From positions 2,854,001 through 2,918,000 of the forward strand of contig CM052818.1 of the NCBI GenBank assembly GCA_028534125.1: a stretch of DNA of 64,000 nt, written 5' to 3'. A program made the position numbers and the translations under genes. This DNA is from Lama glama. Lineage: Eukaryota. This document shows positions 11,231 through 23,291 of this stretch, piece by piece. Under the pieces are notes generated by a model, which worked only from the letters and a program-made list of their open reading frames with translations, was not told the DNA's origin and ran no database searches. Position 1 is the stretch's first letter. Every line of letters begins with the position of its first letter.

Positions 11231-12364
11231 AACACTGCCTAGTTGTGGGCCGCCTTTGTGAGGATGCTGCCCCCGATCTGAGCCCAGGGCGAGGGGCCAG
11301 CGTCGGCCACAAACTCTCACCGGTTCAGACCAAATCAGACAGGTCAGGGCTTCCCAAGCAAGGTCCTTTTCCTTGCCGGAACCCAACCTCCTGCTGACAG
11401 AGCAATCACTACATTTAGAAATCTCTCTTCTCTCTTCCATGGGGTGACCGCCCCGCTGCTCACAGTAACCAAACTGACCTGTCCCGTCCCCTCCACCAGA
11501 AGTTAATTCTTGTTCCTAAGGGCTGATGGCTTAGCTTGTGCTCCCCCAACCACTAACCCTGAGCTTTCTTCGTGGAACCTCTAGAATGAAGAGTTGTAGG
11601 GAGTTGGCAGGTGCAAGGGCAAAGCAAGTCAGCCCATAGGGTAGGAGACGGTTTAATCAATCTAAGAAGCCAGGAACTGGACCCATTCGAATTGTGCAGC
11701 TCAGGCACTTCAAAACTAAAACCAAATTTAGCTTAGAAAAAAGGTGTCTCTTGCTCAGGGCCGAAATTTGGGGAAGTCTCGATCCTCTGCTGGCTTTGGG
11801 TTGTACAGGAGGGTCAGAACAGTGCAGAATGTGCTCAGCCTTTCTAGGGTTGCCTGACACTCGGAGCAACGTGGCTGTCCCTGTCGTCCTCCAGTCTGGC
11901 ATCAGGGCTCCCCTGGCCTTCCCTCAAACCTAGAAGCCCTGGCCCACAGACTGGAACTGGCATCTTAGCCTGGGCCCCTGGACCCTTGGCCTCCTCTGGG
12001 TTCTGACTCAGTCACTCTGTGTCCAGCAGGGGAGAATGAGATGGGCCCTGCAGAAACAATTGTCCTGGACCAGCTATCAGAGGAATGCTGGGGTGTCCCC
12101 AGCCCCGTCGCCCTCTGTCCATCCCGGGGCCTGTCATAGCCCCAGATGTAGTTTTAAAACGCCATCACTATCTTTTCATACTCTTCCCTGGGGCCCTGAT
12201 TCCTGAGCATCACTGGCTCCTAGAAAGTAGACAATCCGTTCCCTTTAAAGCACAGTGTCTTCAAAGAGTATTTTCCCTTTCTGTCCTGATTATTGTAAAA
12301 CTATTTTTGAAAGTTCTTAATCACAGTTTTCCCTCTTTGAGCACTTACCCCCCCCCACACACAC

Positions 12365-12570
12365 ACACACTGTGCAGGCTTCACAAGCATTATTCCTTTA
12401 ACCCTCGAGGTAACTCTGTGATGTGGGTCAGATTATTCCTATCTCATGGGTGAGGGTACTGAGCCCCCAAAGGATAACTGACTTGTTGCAGTGACTTGGC
12501 TAGAAAGCTCCAGAGCTTAGATTTGAGCCCAGGTGGGTCTGAGTCCAGAGTCTTGGCTCTTAACAGCTGT
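12365..12570 (-). mobile_element. MIR in ADD2 3' UTR
   Basis: gattattcctatctcatgggtgagggtactgag...gatttgagcccaggtgggtctgagtccagag. Confidence 0.7.
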
Positions 12571-13014
12571 GATGATCAGAAAACTTTAATCCCCAGGGGC
12601 GGCTGTTGTAGTCCAGGACCTGTTTCTGTGACTGGGCTCCACTGCATCGTGTGAGCACTGGAAGTGGAGGGAGGAAGCTACCCACGTTCTGCCTCGTCAG
12701 GTGAATGTGGCCTGTGGCAGGGCCAGTGGGGACCTCTGACAGGAGAGGTGACAGCCTTCAGCCTGCAGGGGCAGGAGACACCACCCACAGCTGGGCTATC
12801 TCTTGAGAAGGAAGGAGACTGACACCTGACTAAGGAAAAGCCAGTGTTGTGTGTGCAGCAGAATTCTACCCAGACCCCTCTCTCTGCTCCGCTTCTGACT
12901 GAGTCAAGTCTCGGGCTGGGCCACCCAATGGTCAGGGGCACCGAGGGCTCAGAGAAGTCTGTGATACGGCAAATGCCTTTCAAAGCCAATCCTTTGATGC
13001 CTTCTTAAAGAAAT

Positions 13015-13900
13015 CAATTTCATGTTCATTCATCGATCCAATATTTGTTAAGCATCCAGTAAGCACTATGCTGCCATTAAAAGAAAAGGGTCACTGTGAT
13101 GAGAAAAATCAGCGGCAGGCAATGCGAAGAGAAGGGCGGAGCAGACAACCACGGAGGCAGCTTTTGGGGTTTGAGTGGTTGCAGCTCAGAGACGGTGTTG
13201 ATTGGCGCTTTGCTTTCTGCCAATAATTCTCTTTACTCCTTTTCCAACAAGGAGGCCACATTTAGGTGAACAAGCTGGAGCCTTGAAGGAGTTCATGCCG
13301 TGGGTCCGCCTTATGTCCACCCATTTGTTCATTACTTAGGCATTTAAAAACCAGGCATGAGCTTGGGTCGTGGGTCACTCCTGAAGGCAGGACGCAGTCC
13401 CTGCCTGGAGGAAGTTTATCGGAGGCACGAGGACGCGTTACACAATGGACAAGGGTGCGGAGGAGACATAAGGAAGCAGTGATTTACTATCTTCCAGGCC
13501 GGAGAAACCTTCCTGAAGGGAGTGATGGATGAGTTTGGTTTTCAAAACAAAGAGGAATTTTCCAGGACAAGAGGATTAGCAGGACATTGGTGATGAGGGA
13601 AGAGCACGTGTGAAGACGCTGAAGCGTGAACAGCCAGGAGGCATCCACTGAGTAATTCAGTGCCTCCTGGGCAGAATGTGTGAGGCGGGGGGGCTGGGCG
13701 GGGCTGGGCCATAAAGTTGTAGAAAGTGGGGAGGAGCTAGATTTGATCACATACAGGATTTGGAGCTGCGGAGGGCTTGTGATCAGGGTAGATCACGATC
13801 GGGTTGCATTTTAGAGGAACTCCTTTGGTGGCTGAGTGGAGGGGACGGCGCTGGAGGCACAAGAGGTCTTGCGACCAGGCTGTTCCGCAACGTGAATCGT
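13015..13900 (-). mobile_element. L2 LINE fragments in ADD2 3' UTR
   Basis: cattcatc...atatttgttaagcatc tail motif and degenerate L2 text (cagtccctgcctggaggaag; ttttagaggaactcctttggtggctgagtggag). Confidence 0.55.
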
Positions 13901-16900
13901 GGTTGGTGATCTGCCTTCTGCTGCATTTTCCTTTGTAGCAAATAGTGAGCCTTCCAGCACAGAATTCATTCCCTTGAAATTCTCAGGATGAGGCATCTTA
14001 GGAGAGATTTTCAACCAAGAGAGGGGACTATTCAAGGATCTAATCCGTAGTGCAGTTTCTGGTTCTATTTGTCTTGGTGGAGAGTTGCAGGGAGAGCTGT
14101 CCTGGTGAGTCATTCTGCCCGTGTCTCATCCCAGTGTCCCAGCAGGGGGTGGCAGGCGTGTCTCCAGGCTCGAGGCTATGCGCTGAGCGCTGCTGAGGCA
14201 GAGGAGACATCCCACCAAGACCACAGGCTCTGAGGGTGCGAGGAAGGGACACAGCCTTAGAATAAAAGTTGGCTGAATCCTTTGATCAGTATCTGTCTGG
14301 AGAAAATGTTTATATGGAGAGCTCAGAATTGTGAGGCCACTGGATGGTTTCTAGTAAAGCTTGAATACACCGCAGAAAAGGGAGGCAAAGATGTGGACGA
14401 ATCTGCCGGTTGCAGATGCTGAGATGAGCGGAGAGGTTCCTGAGCCTGTTTCCCTGGGAAGACAGGCCTGGGTAGGAGTGAGGAGGCAGAGGGAGCGATG
14501 GTTACAGACAGACAAGCTTGGATCCAGTGACTCCACGCACTGGCAGCGGGCACCCAGCAGTGATGCGTGAGAACCATCCACACCACGTGACCTTTCCTCC
14601 AACTTTGCAAAAAGCACCAGCAAGAGACAACCCGTAGCCCAGATCCAGGCTCCCTGAGAGCCTCCTGGCCTGCAGGTGACCCAGGTCACTGTCTGACTTC
14701 AGGCAGGTTATACGCAGATGAAAACGACCTTCCTCAACACTGCTGTAAGATTTTCCTTACGTCTTCCTCTGCGGACAAATTCTTTTTAAAGTTCTTAGGG
14801 AGATTTGGATGAGACGCCTGGACCAGGAAGAACCCCACTGGAAAGCATCTGGGTATGTCTGCGGGGCCTGGAATCCTGCTCCCTGCCTAGTCCTGTGTCA
14901 CTCACTCCTGAATGTGGCATTTAGATGTCACTCTGCACTGTTATCACAGAGCGCTACTGCTCTAATCAACACAGGAAGAAGGGCGAGGAGGCCACTTCTT
15001 TGGTGGCTGTGGATTTGAGAGGACCATTCGCCCAACAGCACAAGCCACTCCTAAAAGATGAGAAGGAAGTTTGGCTTTCTCCACTGAGGTATGCGTAGAG
15101 CTGGAGGTACACAGAGCCTCCTCCCCTCAGCCTCTGCACCATCTTTTGCACGAGTGTGAATTTTATGTTCTAGATCCAGGCAGGAGTATTTGCTTTTTGA
15201 CACTTGCACAGATGAAAAAACGTACAGCCTTCCTCGGGGTGCTCATGCGGGGCAACCTCAGTCCCCGGGGCGGCTGGTCTCCTGAGCTGCAGTTGCCCCT
15301 CTGAACGTAGAGGAAGGAGGTCTCCTTATGTCTCACCACTTGAGCCGAAGCAAACTCTCTAAGATGGTAACATTCTAAGAGGCTGAGAGGAAATGAGGGA
15401 GGGGATAAATCTAGGCTTTCCACGCCGCCCCCCCCCAGGGACAGGACAGGGCACCCCTCGATTCCAAACCCGATGGGACATCATATCGCCACTGCTCCAC
15501 ATTATTCTGAAAGGGATCCTTTAAGGCGAGGAGTCAGAGGCCCCACTGGCTAATGACATATACCCGTTGGTTAGTTACCTGTGGGCAGTTCCACTGGGGC
15601 CGCAATATGCAGATACATGCGCAGTACACAGGAGTGATGGTTCCCGAGCGCTGCCTAAGCCGACTGTCCGCTTGGACGTGGCGTGCGTTTTGCCAAAGCT
15701 GAGGGCACACGCATACAGCCCTGTCACCGATGCCCACCCAAGCCCCTGGAGCCTCTCACAGTGAGAAGCCACGCCACCCCGGAATCACTGTGAGGATTTC
15801 AGGCGCAGTGTCCCTCTCGCGCGGAGAATGCGTCTTTCATCATTTTTATATAGACAGGCTTCCCTTTTTAGGAATGATTTGGAAGAATCTCCAGGTGGGG
15901 GTTTTCTTAAAAATACAGAAGCAGAGGTTTGCGTTGGTCTGTACGTAGGAGCTGTCAGGTTTTGTCAAACTGATGTCTAGCGCCCTTTTGCCTTCAGGAC
16001 TGCCCCCAAAGTTGGGTCATCATCATGAGAAACGGGGGCCTGAAGTTGGATGAGAAATGGTCACCATTACTGACACGGGGAGGGACTCGGGTGTCGCTGG
16101 AATGGGGCCCGTTGTGGGACAGTGCTGGAGCTTTCCCACGGGTTCTCTCACCCACCGCTTCCAAGCAGCAGGATGAGGTCCACTGTGATGTGGCCAGTCC
16201 CCTCTCGGGAAGTAAAGAAAGCATTGTGAGGGCTTTGGGGGTGGTAGGGGACCAGCCCAGAAAAACCCTAAACTCTTCTCCCCGCCAGCAGATCATCTCG
16301 TGTAATTTTTAGAAGCTCAAAGTCCCGATCTTTTCTTTTAAAGTGAATCAGGAGGAAGACAGTTACACCAAGGACCGCGGGGCCCCATTTCAATACATCA
16401 AAGGCCTTATAAATTGGGAATGTATTGGGGGGACCCCATCCCCACATTGCAACTCCTCTCCACATTTCAACTCCACCCCACACCTATGGGTTCTGCATTA
16501 TGGGTGATTAATCTTCACTGGCTCTGCCCCACCTTCAAATTCCAGCCATCTGGGCCACACCGCTGAGTCCCCACCTCCCCCAGGAAGAGGTGGGGCCGGG
16601 AAAAGAAACGGTCTGAGCCTGGCCACCTGATGGGTGGCACAGGGTCTAGGTAGACTTGTGCAGTGCTCTCTGAAGCTGTGGATGGTTTCGGTGAAATGTC
16701 TTTGTCTGACAATCGTCTTCCCTTGTACATACATGATCTGTGTTGAGCTTTCCCTTGTATTGTGAAGTTTCAAATAGGGGTTCCATGTAAATACTGTTTC
16801 TGCTCCTGAAATGCCAGCCCCCTGGATTCATGCATCCTCCCCACAAATGGTTTTGCCTTTCTCTCTGCTAACACTTTTTGAGCCACTGATGTGCAGATTG

Positions 16901-16931
16901 ATTAGTTTCTTGGGCTTTTATTTTGCAATTT

Positions 16932-16983
16932 TATATATATAGACACACACACATATATATATAATATATATATATATATTTAT
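16932..16983. repeat. (TA)n/(CA)n compound microsatellite in distal 3' UTR
   Basis: Seen directly. Confidence 0.9.
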
Positions 16984-17174
16984 GGGTTGGTTTTGTACAG
17001 TTTTCTGTTTGAATCTCTGAGCACCAAAGCTGCCCTTGGATTTTCAGGAGAACTTTCCAAAGCCACTTCCTGAGCCCCCCTCCCGCCGCTGCTTTGGTGT
17101 CTGTGGTGCCGGGTGGTATCTCCGCCGTGGATTTCTGTATGTATGTGCTGTTATCTACCTGCAGATATTACCCT

Positions 17175-17180
17175 AGTAAA
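17175..17180 (+). terminator. ADD2: Candidate distal poly(A) signal (variant AGTAAA)
   Basis: AGTAAA with tandem TGTA motifs ~35 nt upstream and GU-rich ggtgtgtg ~20 nt downstream. Confidence 0.65.
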
Positions 17181-17679
17181 TCTACCGTGCTTGGCTTCCC
17201 GGTGTGTGACCCATCTCTGTCGGCCACCTACTTCTTCCCGCCCCCACGGGGAGCAGAAGCCAGAGGAGGGCTCATCCCGCTGCACGAGACACTCTTCTCG
17301 TGGACACCTCACGCGCGGAAAGCTGGACATGTGAATCATTGCGTTCTGACTGGGGAGGGAGGTAACAATATGCTACAGTTCCCTGGAAAGGGAAAGGCCA
17401 TGCGGGTTTGCAAACAGCTCTGTGGAGGGAGATCAATTTCAGTAGGTGAGGATGGGGAGGGGGTTGCAGAAACAGACATGTGGGTGGTCCTGGCCTGGAA
17501 GCAGCAGGGACAGATTCACAGGCCAGAATGGAAAGAGGTGTCAGGCCAGAATCAGAGGGCTGGGGACAGCCAAGATGTCACTCCAAAGGGAGAAAGGGGA
17601 ACAGAGACACCAGGGCAGTGAAGAAGAGGAAGAAAGTACCATTTTCTCCCCGACCCCCAGCTCATCTTTACTCAGATAA

Positions 17680-17915
17680 AGAGCCCAGTATTTGTCGGGT
17701 GTCCACACATATCGGTCAGGTGCTGTTTAAACATCTTATGTGTAGCATCTCAGTTAATCTCCATAAAATCAAGAGGGCGATCCTATTATTACTTATTTTA
17801 CAGATAAGGAAACAGGCTCAGAAACAAGGAAATTGCCATGGGCCACAGATTAATACGTGGTGAAGCCCAAATTCAAACAGAGGTCTTCTAGATAACCAAG
17901 TTCTTTCTACTGCTG
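17680..17915 (-). mobile_element. MIR SINE
   Basis: ttattttacagataaggaaacaggctcaga core. Confidence 0.75.
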
Positions 17916-18869
17916 CCTTCTGCCCAGTGTTCTGAGCAAAGATATCTCCATAAAAGCAGCCTCCGACAGTCACTCCCAGACCCACTGCTTCCCCAAAGGG
18001 ACCTGTTCCCGCAGTTCAGCCTCCTCCTACATCCAAGTGCCACGAAGCCCCCTCTGGCTCCTTCCAGGAGCCCAGGCTCTCCCCTACCCCAAAGCCATCA
18101 GTTTCTCCTCTTCTGAAATCACCAAGGAAACCACCTGTCAACACGACCTCTCCACGCTGCCGTCTCGCAGCTGTGTGCACTGATCAGGCCAGGGACCGTA
18201 GTCAGTGTGCTGACACACCCCTTCAAGATGCTTGCTGCCCCTGAAGGTGGCGGTTGAAATTCACAAGTTGAACCCCCAAGCCCCTCCCACCTTCTAAATT
18301 TCCGAGGCGCAGACTGAAGGGGTCCAAACATAGGAGAAGACCGCCATCTACCTGCCAGAAACGCTGAGGAATTTCTTCAGCGTATGTAGTGCAGGATTTA
18401 GGGCCAACTAGTGCGAAAGGAGAGCCTGCCTGGAGAGGAAGGAGGAAGGACCGCAGTGGAAGACAGCTCGCACCTGCACTGGAGCTAGCCGATGGCATGA
18501 GAGATGCCGAGGAACTGGGGACACGTCGCGTGGGAGGCAATCCTGGCCGCCAGGTGCAGGGTTCACACAGCTGGGACCCAGTTTGCAAGGTCCAAGTAAC
18601 AAGGGGGGAGAGGGCATGCCTCAGCACCAGGATCCTGACAAGGGTCAGAGTGCCATGACCCCATCTAACGCGGTTCCCCTAATAAACAGGAAAAAGGGAA
18701 CTTTGAGCCAAGTTACTGCGGGTTCCACCGCAGCCACACGGATAACTAGATCTCTAATCTGACAAAATGTAACCATCAGAAACAGGAATCTTTCCTTTTC
18801 TCTTCCTTTGGACCTTTGGACAGGGAGCCACACATCTCTGACGGAAACCATCTTTAATCTGATAGAGAG

Positions 18870-19740
18870 CTCACTTTTTCGGGAATAAGCATGGAGAAAA
18901 AGAGTGCGGTGATGGTTTGGTAGTTCAAAGCAGAAGCCCGTCTGAGAAACGGTAAAAACATGCTTCCCAATGAAGCCAAGTTATGGCAAAAAACAGGAGG
19001 AAGGTTAAGGAAATCTCCATGAATATCCGTTTACCAGACAGGACTAGCCAGTCATGAAAAGGCAGAACTTTAAATAAAGAAAACTTTCTTGGTGATGAAA
19101 AACAATGTCATATTTTAAAACAAGGCTTGGGCCATCAACAACAGGTTGAGTGTTGTTGATGAGGAGAACATAAAGCTAGGTATAGACAGGTAAGGGCTCC
19201 AAGTCCACCACTCGGAAAAAAGTAGCCAATCATGTGTCCAGTTGACTGGGAAATCCCGATAAGTGAATAACTCAAGAATGGGAAAGACATAGGATTAAAC
19301 AGTGGTAGTGATCAGTTACATCCAAGAAGTTTATACCTATATTTTCATTGTTAATGTAACAAACATAAAGCAACTGTCTAAAAAGTAGTAACTGGAGCAC
19401 GCACACACACACATACACAATCTGGAACAGCAGAGAGGTAAAATATGCTAAATTTATCATTATTGAGGAAGAGGATCTAATAGATTATTTCATTTTTGAG
19501 ACTGTTATAGGAATACTGGTTCAATTACATATAAAGTTATGAACTTAGAGATGATTCATAAAAATTTAGAGAGAATTTTCATTTAAAGGCAATACAGCTT
19601 CCAAATCATTGAAGAGAAAATTAACAATAAAAACTTAATCAATCCGGCTAAGATGGAGTAACAGAGACCATGTTTACCATCCTAAAATAAACCCCCAAAT
19701 GGATAAAATATATGAAGCAATGATTTTTAAGACACGTGAA
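18870..19740 (+). mobile_element. Old L1 (L1ME/HAL1-like) fragments
   Basis: A-rich degenerate L1-like sequence. Subfamily uncertain. Confidence 0.45.
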
Positions 19741-20149
19741 AACGATCATCTATACCAAGGCTGCTAGGCCTCCTACTGCCACTACCAACGATGTCCACCA
19801 GGAGGCGACATTTTCCTTCCTCTGCTCCTGCTGCAGAGCCAGTCCTGAGCAGTCCTGTTCCAGGTTTCGGCAGGCAGCCCCCAGCAGTGCTCGCCTGGGC
19901 CTTGGTCCCTTTTAGCCACCAGCAAAGGGATCAAGGATGAGCAGTGAGCCTCCTTACTCATCCAAGACCTAGGAACCTATCTGATTTCTGAGCAGCCCTT
20001 CACCCTCGTCTGCTGTCTGGTACTCTCTGCCCGGCTTCCCGTGTCCCCGGCTTGGGCAGCCTGCACGCTGGCCCCAGCCCATCAGAATCTGTTCCCCCGG
20101 CCAAGAGGCCACGCGAGATCGTGAGCAGGGCTCCAGGCCTCTGGAGCAG

Positions 20150-20265
20150 CGCGGCTTGGACTGCGTCCTGGCCCTGGGCTCACGAGCTCCGTGCCCTTGG
20201 GTGAGTCAGTTAACATCTCTAAGCTACAGTTTCCTCATCAGTAAAATGAAGACATAATCAATGCA
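20150..20265 (+). mobile_element. MIR SINE
   Basis: cttgggtgagtcagttaacatctctaagctacagtttcctcatcagtaaaatg. Confidence 0.75.
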
Positions 20266-20409
20266 GAAAAAAATCAGAATTTGGGGGGACTAAATTTCTG
20301 GTGGTTGAAGATTATTTTAATTTTGAGTTATACAGTGAAGGACACCATATAATTTTTACTACTTTGGACTTCTAAAGGCCAGCTTCTACTTTTCTTAAAA
20401 CTAATGCAT

Positions 20410-20570
20410 GCACGTACACACACACACGTGCAGACACACTGACTCTGCTCCACATACATCCCCAGGTACACACACACACACAGAGTCACAGTCGTGCACC
20501 ACACACACACAGAACATACACACAACCACATACATCCCCAGGCTCACACACACATGTCACACACACATTT
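20410..20570. repeat. Degenerate (CA)n-rich simple repeat
   Basis: Seen directly. Includes two copies of ccacatacatccccagg. Confidence 0.85.
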
Positions 20571-22944
20571 GGCATCATTCTAAATCAGCTTACAATTGAG
20601 GGTCTCAGTGTCCATTGTTTTATCCGCTCAGAAGATCCTGACTTCGCAGCATGAAGCAGGAGCCCCTCCTCTCTGGAGATGGTCTTTGCCTCTTACAGTC
20701 TCAGCAGGGCCGACATAACTGCTCTGGACCTTTGGAAGTGCAGGGCCAGAGCACACCTTGGAGCTCATGTCCTATGTATCTAAACATTTTAAGTGTAGTA
20801 GGTTCTAAACTCCTGCCTTTACAAACATACATTCATTACAAGGGGGAAGGCCAGGTTCAAATTTAGAATTCCCAGACTCAGGGGAGTCCCGCCAAGAAAG
20901 TGAGCGTGTGGGGAGAGCTGATTCCCAGTCTCTGACCACTAGCCTGACCCTTTTCTTCCCAATGCTGGGTCCATCCCATGCCACAAGGGACCTTGGATTC
21001 ATACATGGGGACACCCAGACCTCATGTCTGGGCTCTGTCCATCCCCTCCATGCAAACAGCTGCCCGTTGGCCTCTGTGTGAGTCCTGGGAAGCTGAACTC
21101 TGGGGAGAGCCAGTGCAGACACTAGAAATGGGTCAGGGGCTGCTGGGGCAGGGCATTCGGGGTCCTGGCTTTCCACAGCACAGGATGGAGCCAATGGGCG
21201 TGTCCTCTCGGCCCTGCTGACTCCACCCCGTGGAGGGCGTGGCCAGAGGAAGTGTCAGGGCCGGAGGGACCCTCTGTAGTGCAGGACCCAGGGCAGCGGG
21301 CCCCCTTGCCGGGGTCTAAGGGCAGAAGCCCTAAGGAAAGGTCTGAGGAGGCTGTGAGGTATCCTCATTCCCATTAATTAAAAAAACAAAAGCTCACCAC
21401 AGGCGTGGGTGGGAAGGGTTTAGTTATAACGAGGGAAGGCGCTTGCCAAGGTCTGGCCACAGAGGGCTGGTGGGTTTCCCAGGTTGATGAGGAACCGAGA
21501 GGAGCCTCCCCTGGGTGTAAACACCGCCTGAATTCCTCCAGGTGACACTGAAATGCAGTGAGACACAGACCCCTCTCAAAGTGTTAAAATCTTCATGGTG
21601 AGCCATTCAGCTCTCTCCTTGTTCTTGGCTACGAGAGCACAATGAACACAGGCGGGAAACTCCTCAGCCTGTTGGTTGGTTCACTGTCCGTCTGGCGCCC
21701 CCTCTTGTAGGAGCCTTTACCGCATCACCCAGGGCTGAGCCGGCTCAGGATTACAGCTGATTTTCCGCAGGTGGCATCACTTCCTGGTGACCCGAAGGAG
21801 GGATGTTAGCCACCTCCCAAACACCGAGGCTCCTCCTCGGAGGAGCCTGCAGGCCTCCGGCCCAACCTCTGCACCACGATGCTCCTTTGTGCCACTCCCA
21901 GTTTGCTGCCCTGGCCTCTAGCTCTGGGCCCGGAACCTCGCTGGATTGTCTATAAATGTCACCCATGCACCATGGCTACGCTTGGGGTCCAGATGTGACC
22001 ATGGCTCTTATTTTCTTCCCATCAATTGATTGTTCCGTCTTTGTATAATCGTGTCGGCAGGAAGGCCAGCACTGCCCTCTTCGGGCCTCCCCGAGCCGCC
22101 TCTGTGTAGAATTGTCCTAGCGCCCCGGGGGATCGGGTCTGAAGCCTGGCACTCAGACACGATGACAGCTGGAGAGACAGGAATCCACTCCTGCTGTGGC
22201 TTCTGCTCAGGCTCGGTGTGGCCATGAAAACGGACCCCACAGGCCCTGACATCACTTGACTCGCTGCAGGGATGCTCCCACTCTGCCCCATTCCCCCCAG
22301 AGACCGAGGGCTTTCTGCTTGTTTCCAAAGGCCCCACCCCCGAGGGGGCACTGGGTCCAGTGGGGCGTCCAGCCTGGTTCCCCGCCAGCCCCTAGGGCCT
22401 TGGTGGGGCCTGGGACATCAGCTACCCTCCCCTTAGGGGCCCGTTTGTCCTTTCCAGCCAACAGACCTAGGTCATAAGCACTTTAACCCCCCTGAGGGTG
22501 TTTCCCTCGCTTCAGGGGCAGTGAGGACTGGGCTTCTTCACACTCCAAGAGCCCCAGGTCTGGATGCAGACAGTCTGGCTCTCCCCCCAGTCCTACAGGT
22601 CCCGGCCACACCTGCTGCTGGTCACTGAGTCTGCGCTGTGCTCGCTTCCAGGACGAGAGGTGCCCTCTGCCCCCCGCCCCGCCCCCACCAGCGGTGGCAG
22701 AGGCGGCGGACAGGCAGGGGAGCTGGGGCCTGAGACCGTGCCCGCAGGTCAGTGCCCCAGAGGCCGCTGGTGACTAGAGGGACCCCGGGGCAGAAGGCAG
22801 CATGGGAAGGGAGGAGGAGGAAGGTTCAGGATAAGGAGATGAAAGGGGGAACGGACAGCACCGTGAGGACCTCGGCCATGAAAGGGAAGAGAAAAGACAG
22901 TGACAGCTGGAGCGGTGTCGGCGTTAAAAGCTGCGGGCGTTTTT

Positions 22945-23191
22945 ATTTAATTGTATTAATTACCATTATATACAGTGACATATTTCTTATTTTATTAAAG
23001 GTTATGTGCCATGTCATATAACAGGATATAGTATGTTATTATTTATTAAATAATACATAATAGTAGATATACTAGCATATTATGTTCTGTTTATTTATTA
23101 GCAGATAGTATATAATACATATGTAGGTATTTATATACATAATATATAATTCATGCATCTATATAATATGTAACACATAACACATAGTGTA
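22945..23191. repeat. AT-rich low-complexity tract running into an assembly gap
   Basis: Seen directly. Confidence 0.85.
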
Positions 23192-23291
23192 NNNNNNNNN
23201 NNNNNNNNNNNNNNNNNNNNNNNNNNNNNNNNNNNNNNNNNNNNNNNNNNNNNNNNNNNNNNNNNNNNNNNNNNNNNNNNNNNNNNNNNNN
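23192..23291. other. Assembly gap (100 N)
   Basis: Run of N. The round length suggests a placeholder. Confidence 1.

Larger units (their letters stand above)
10972..17200 (+). other. ADD2: Long ADD2 3' UTR (distal form); end approximate
   Basis: Follows the stop codon. U/UG-rich distal block at 16700-17200 ends in AGTAAA with flanking UGUA and GU-rich elements. ADD2 is known to have a very long brain 3' UTR. Confidence 0.7.

Noticed and set aside
10635..11261. 208-aa alternative-frame ORF overlapping the last ADD2 exon
   Set aside because: Starts in the intron, shadows a GC-rich real exon and runs into a MIR. No upstream exon supplies this frame.
19133..19161. 10-bp inverted repeat CATCAACAAC/GTTGTTGATG
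   Set aside because: Short, inside decayed L1-like sequence, and compatible with chance.
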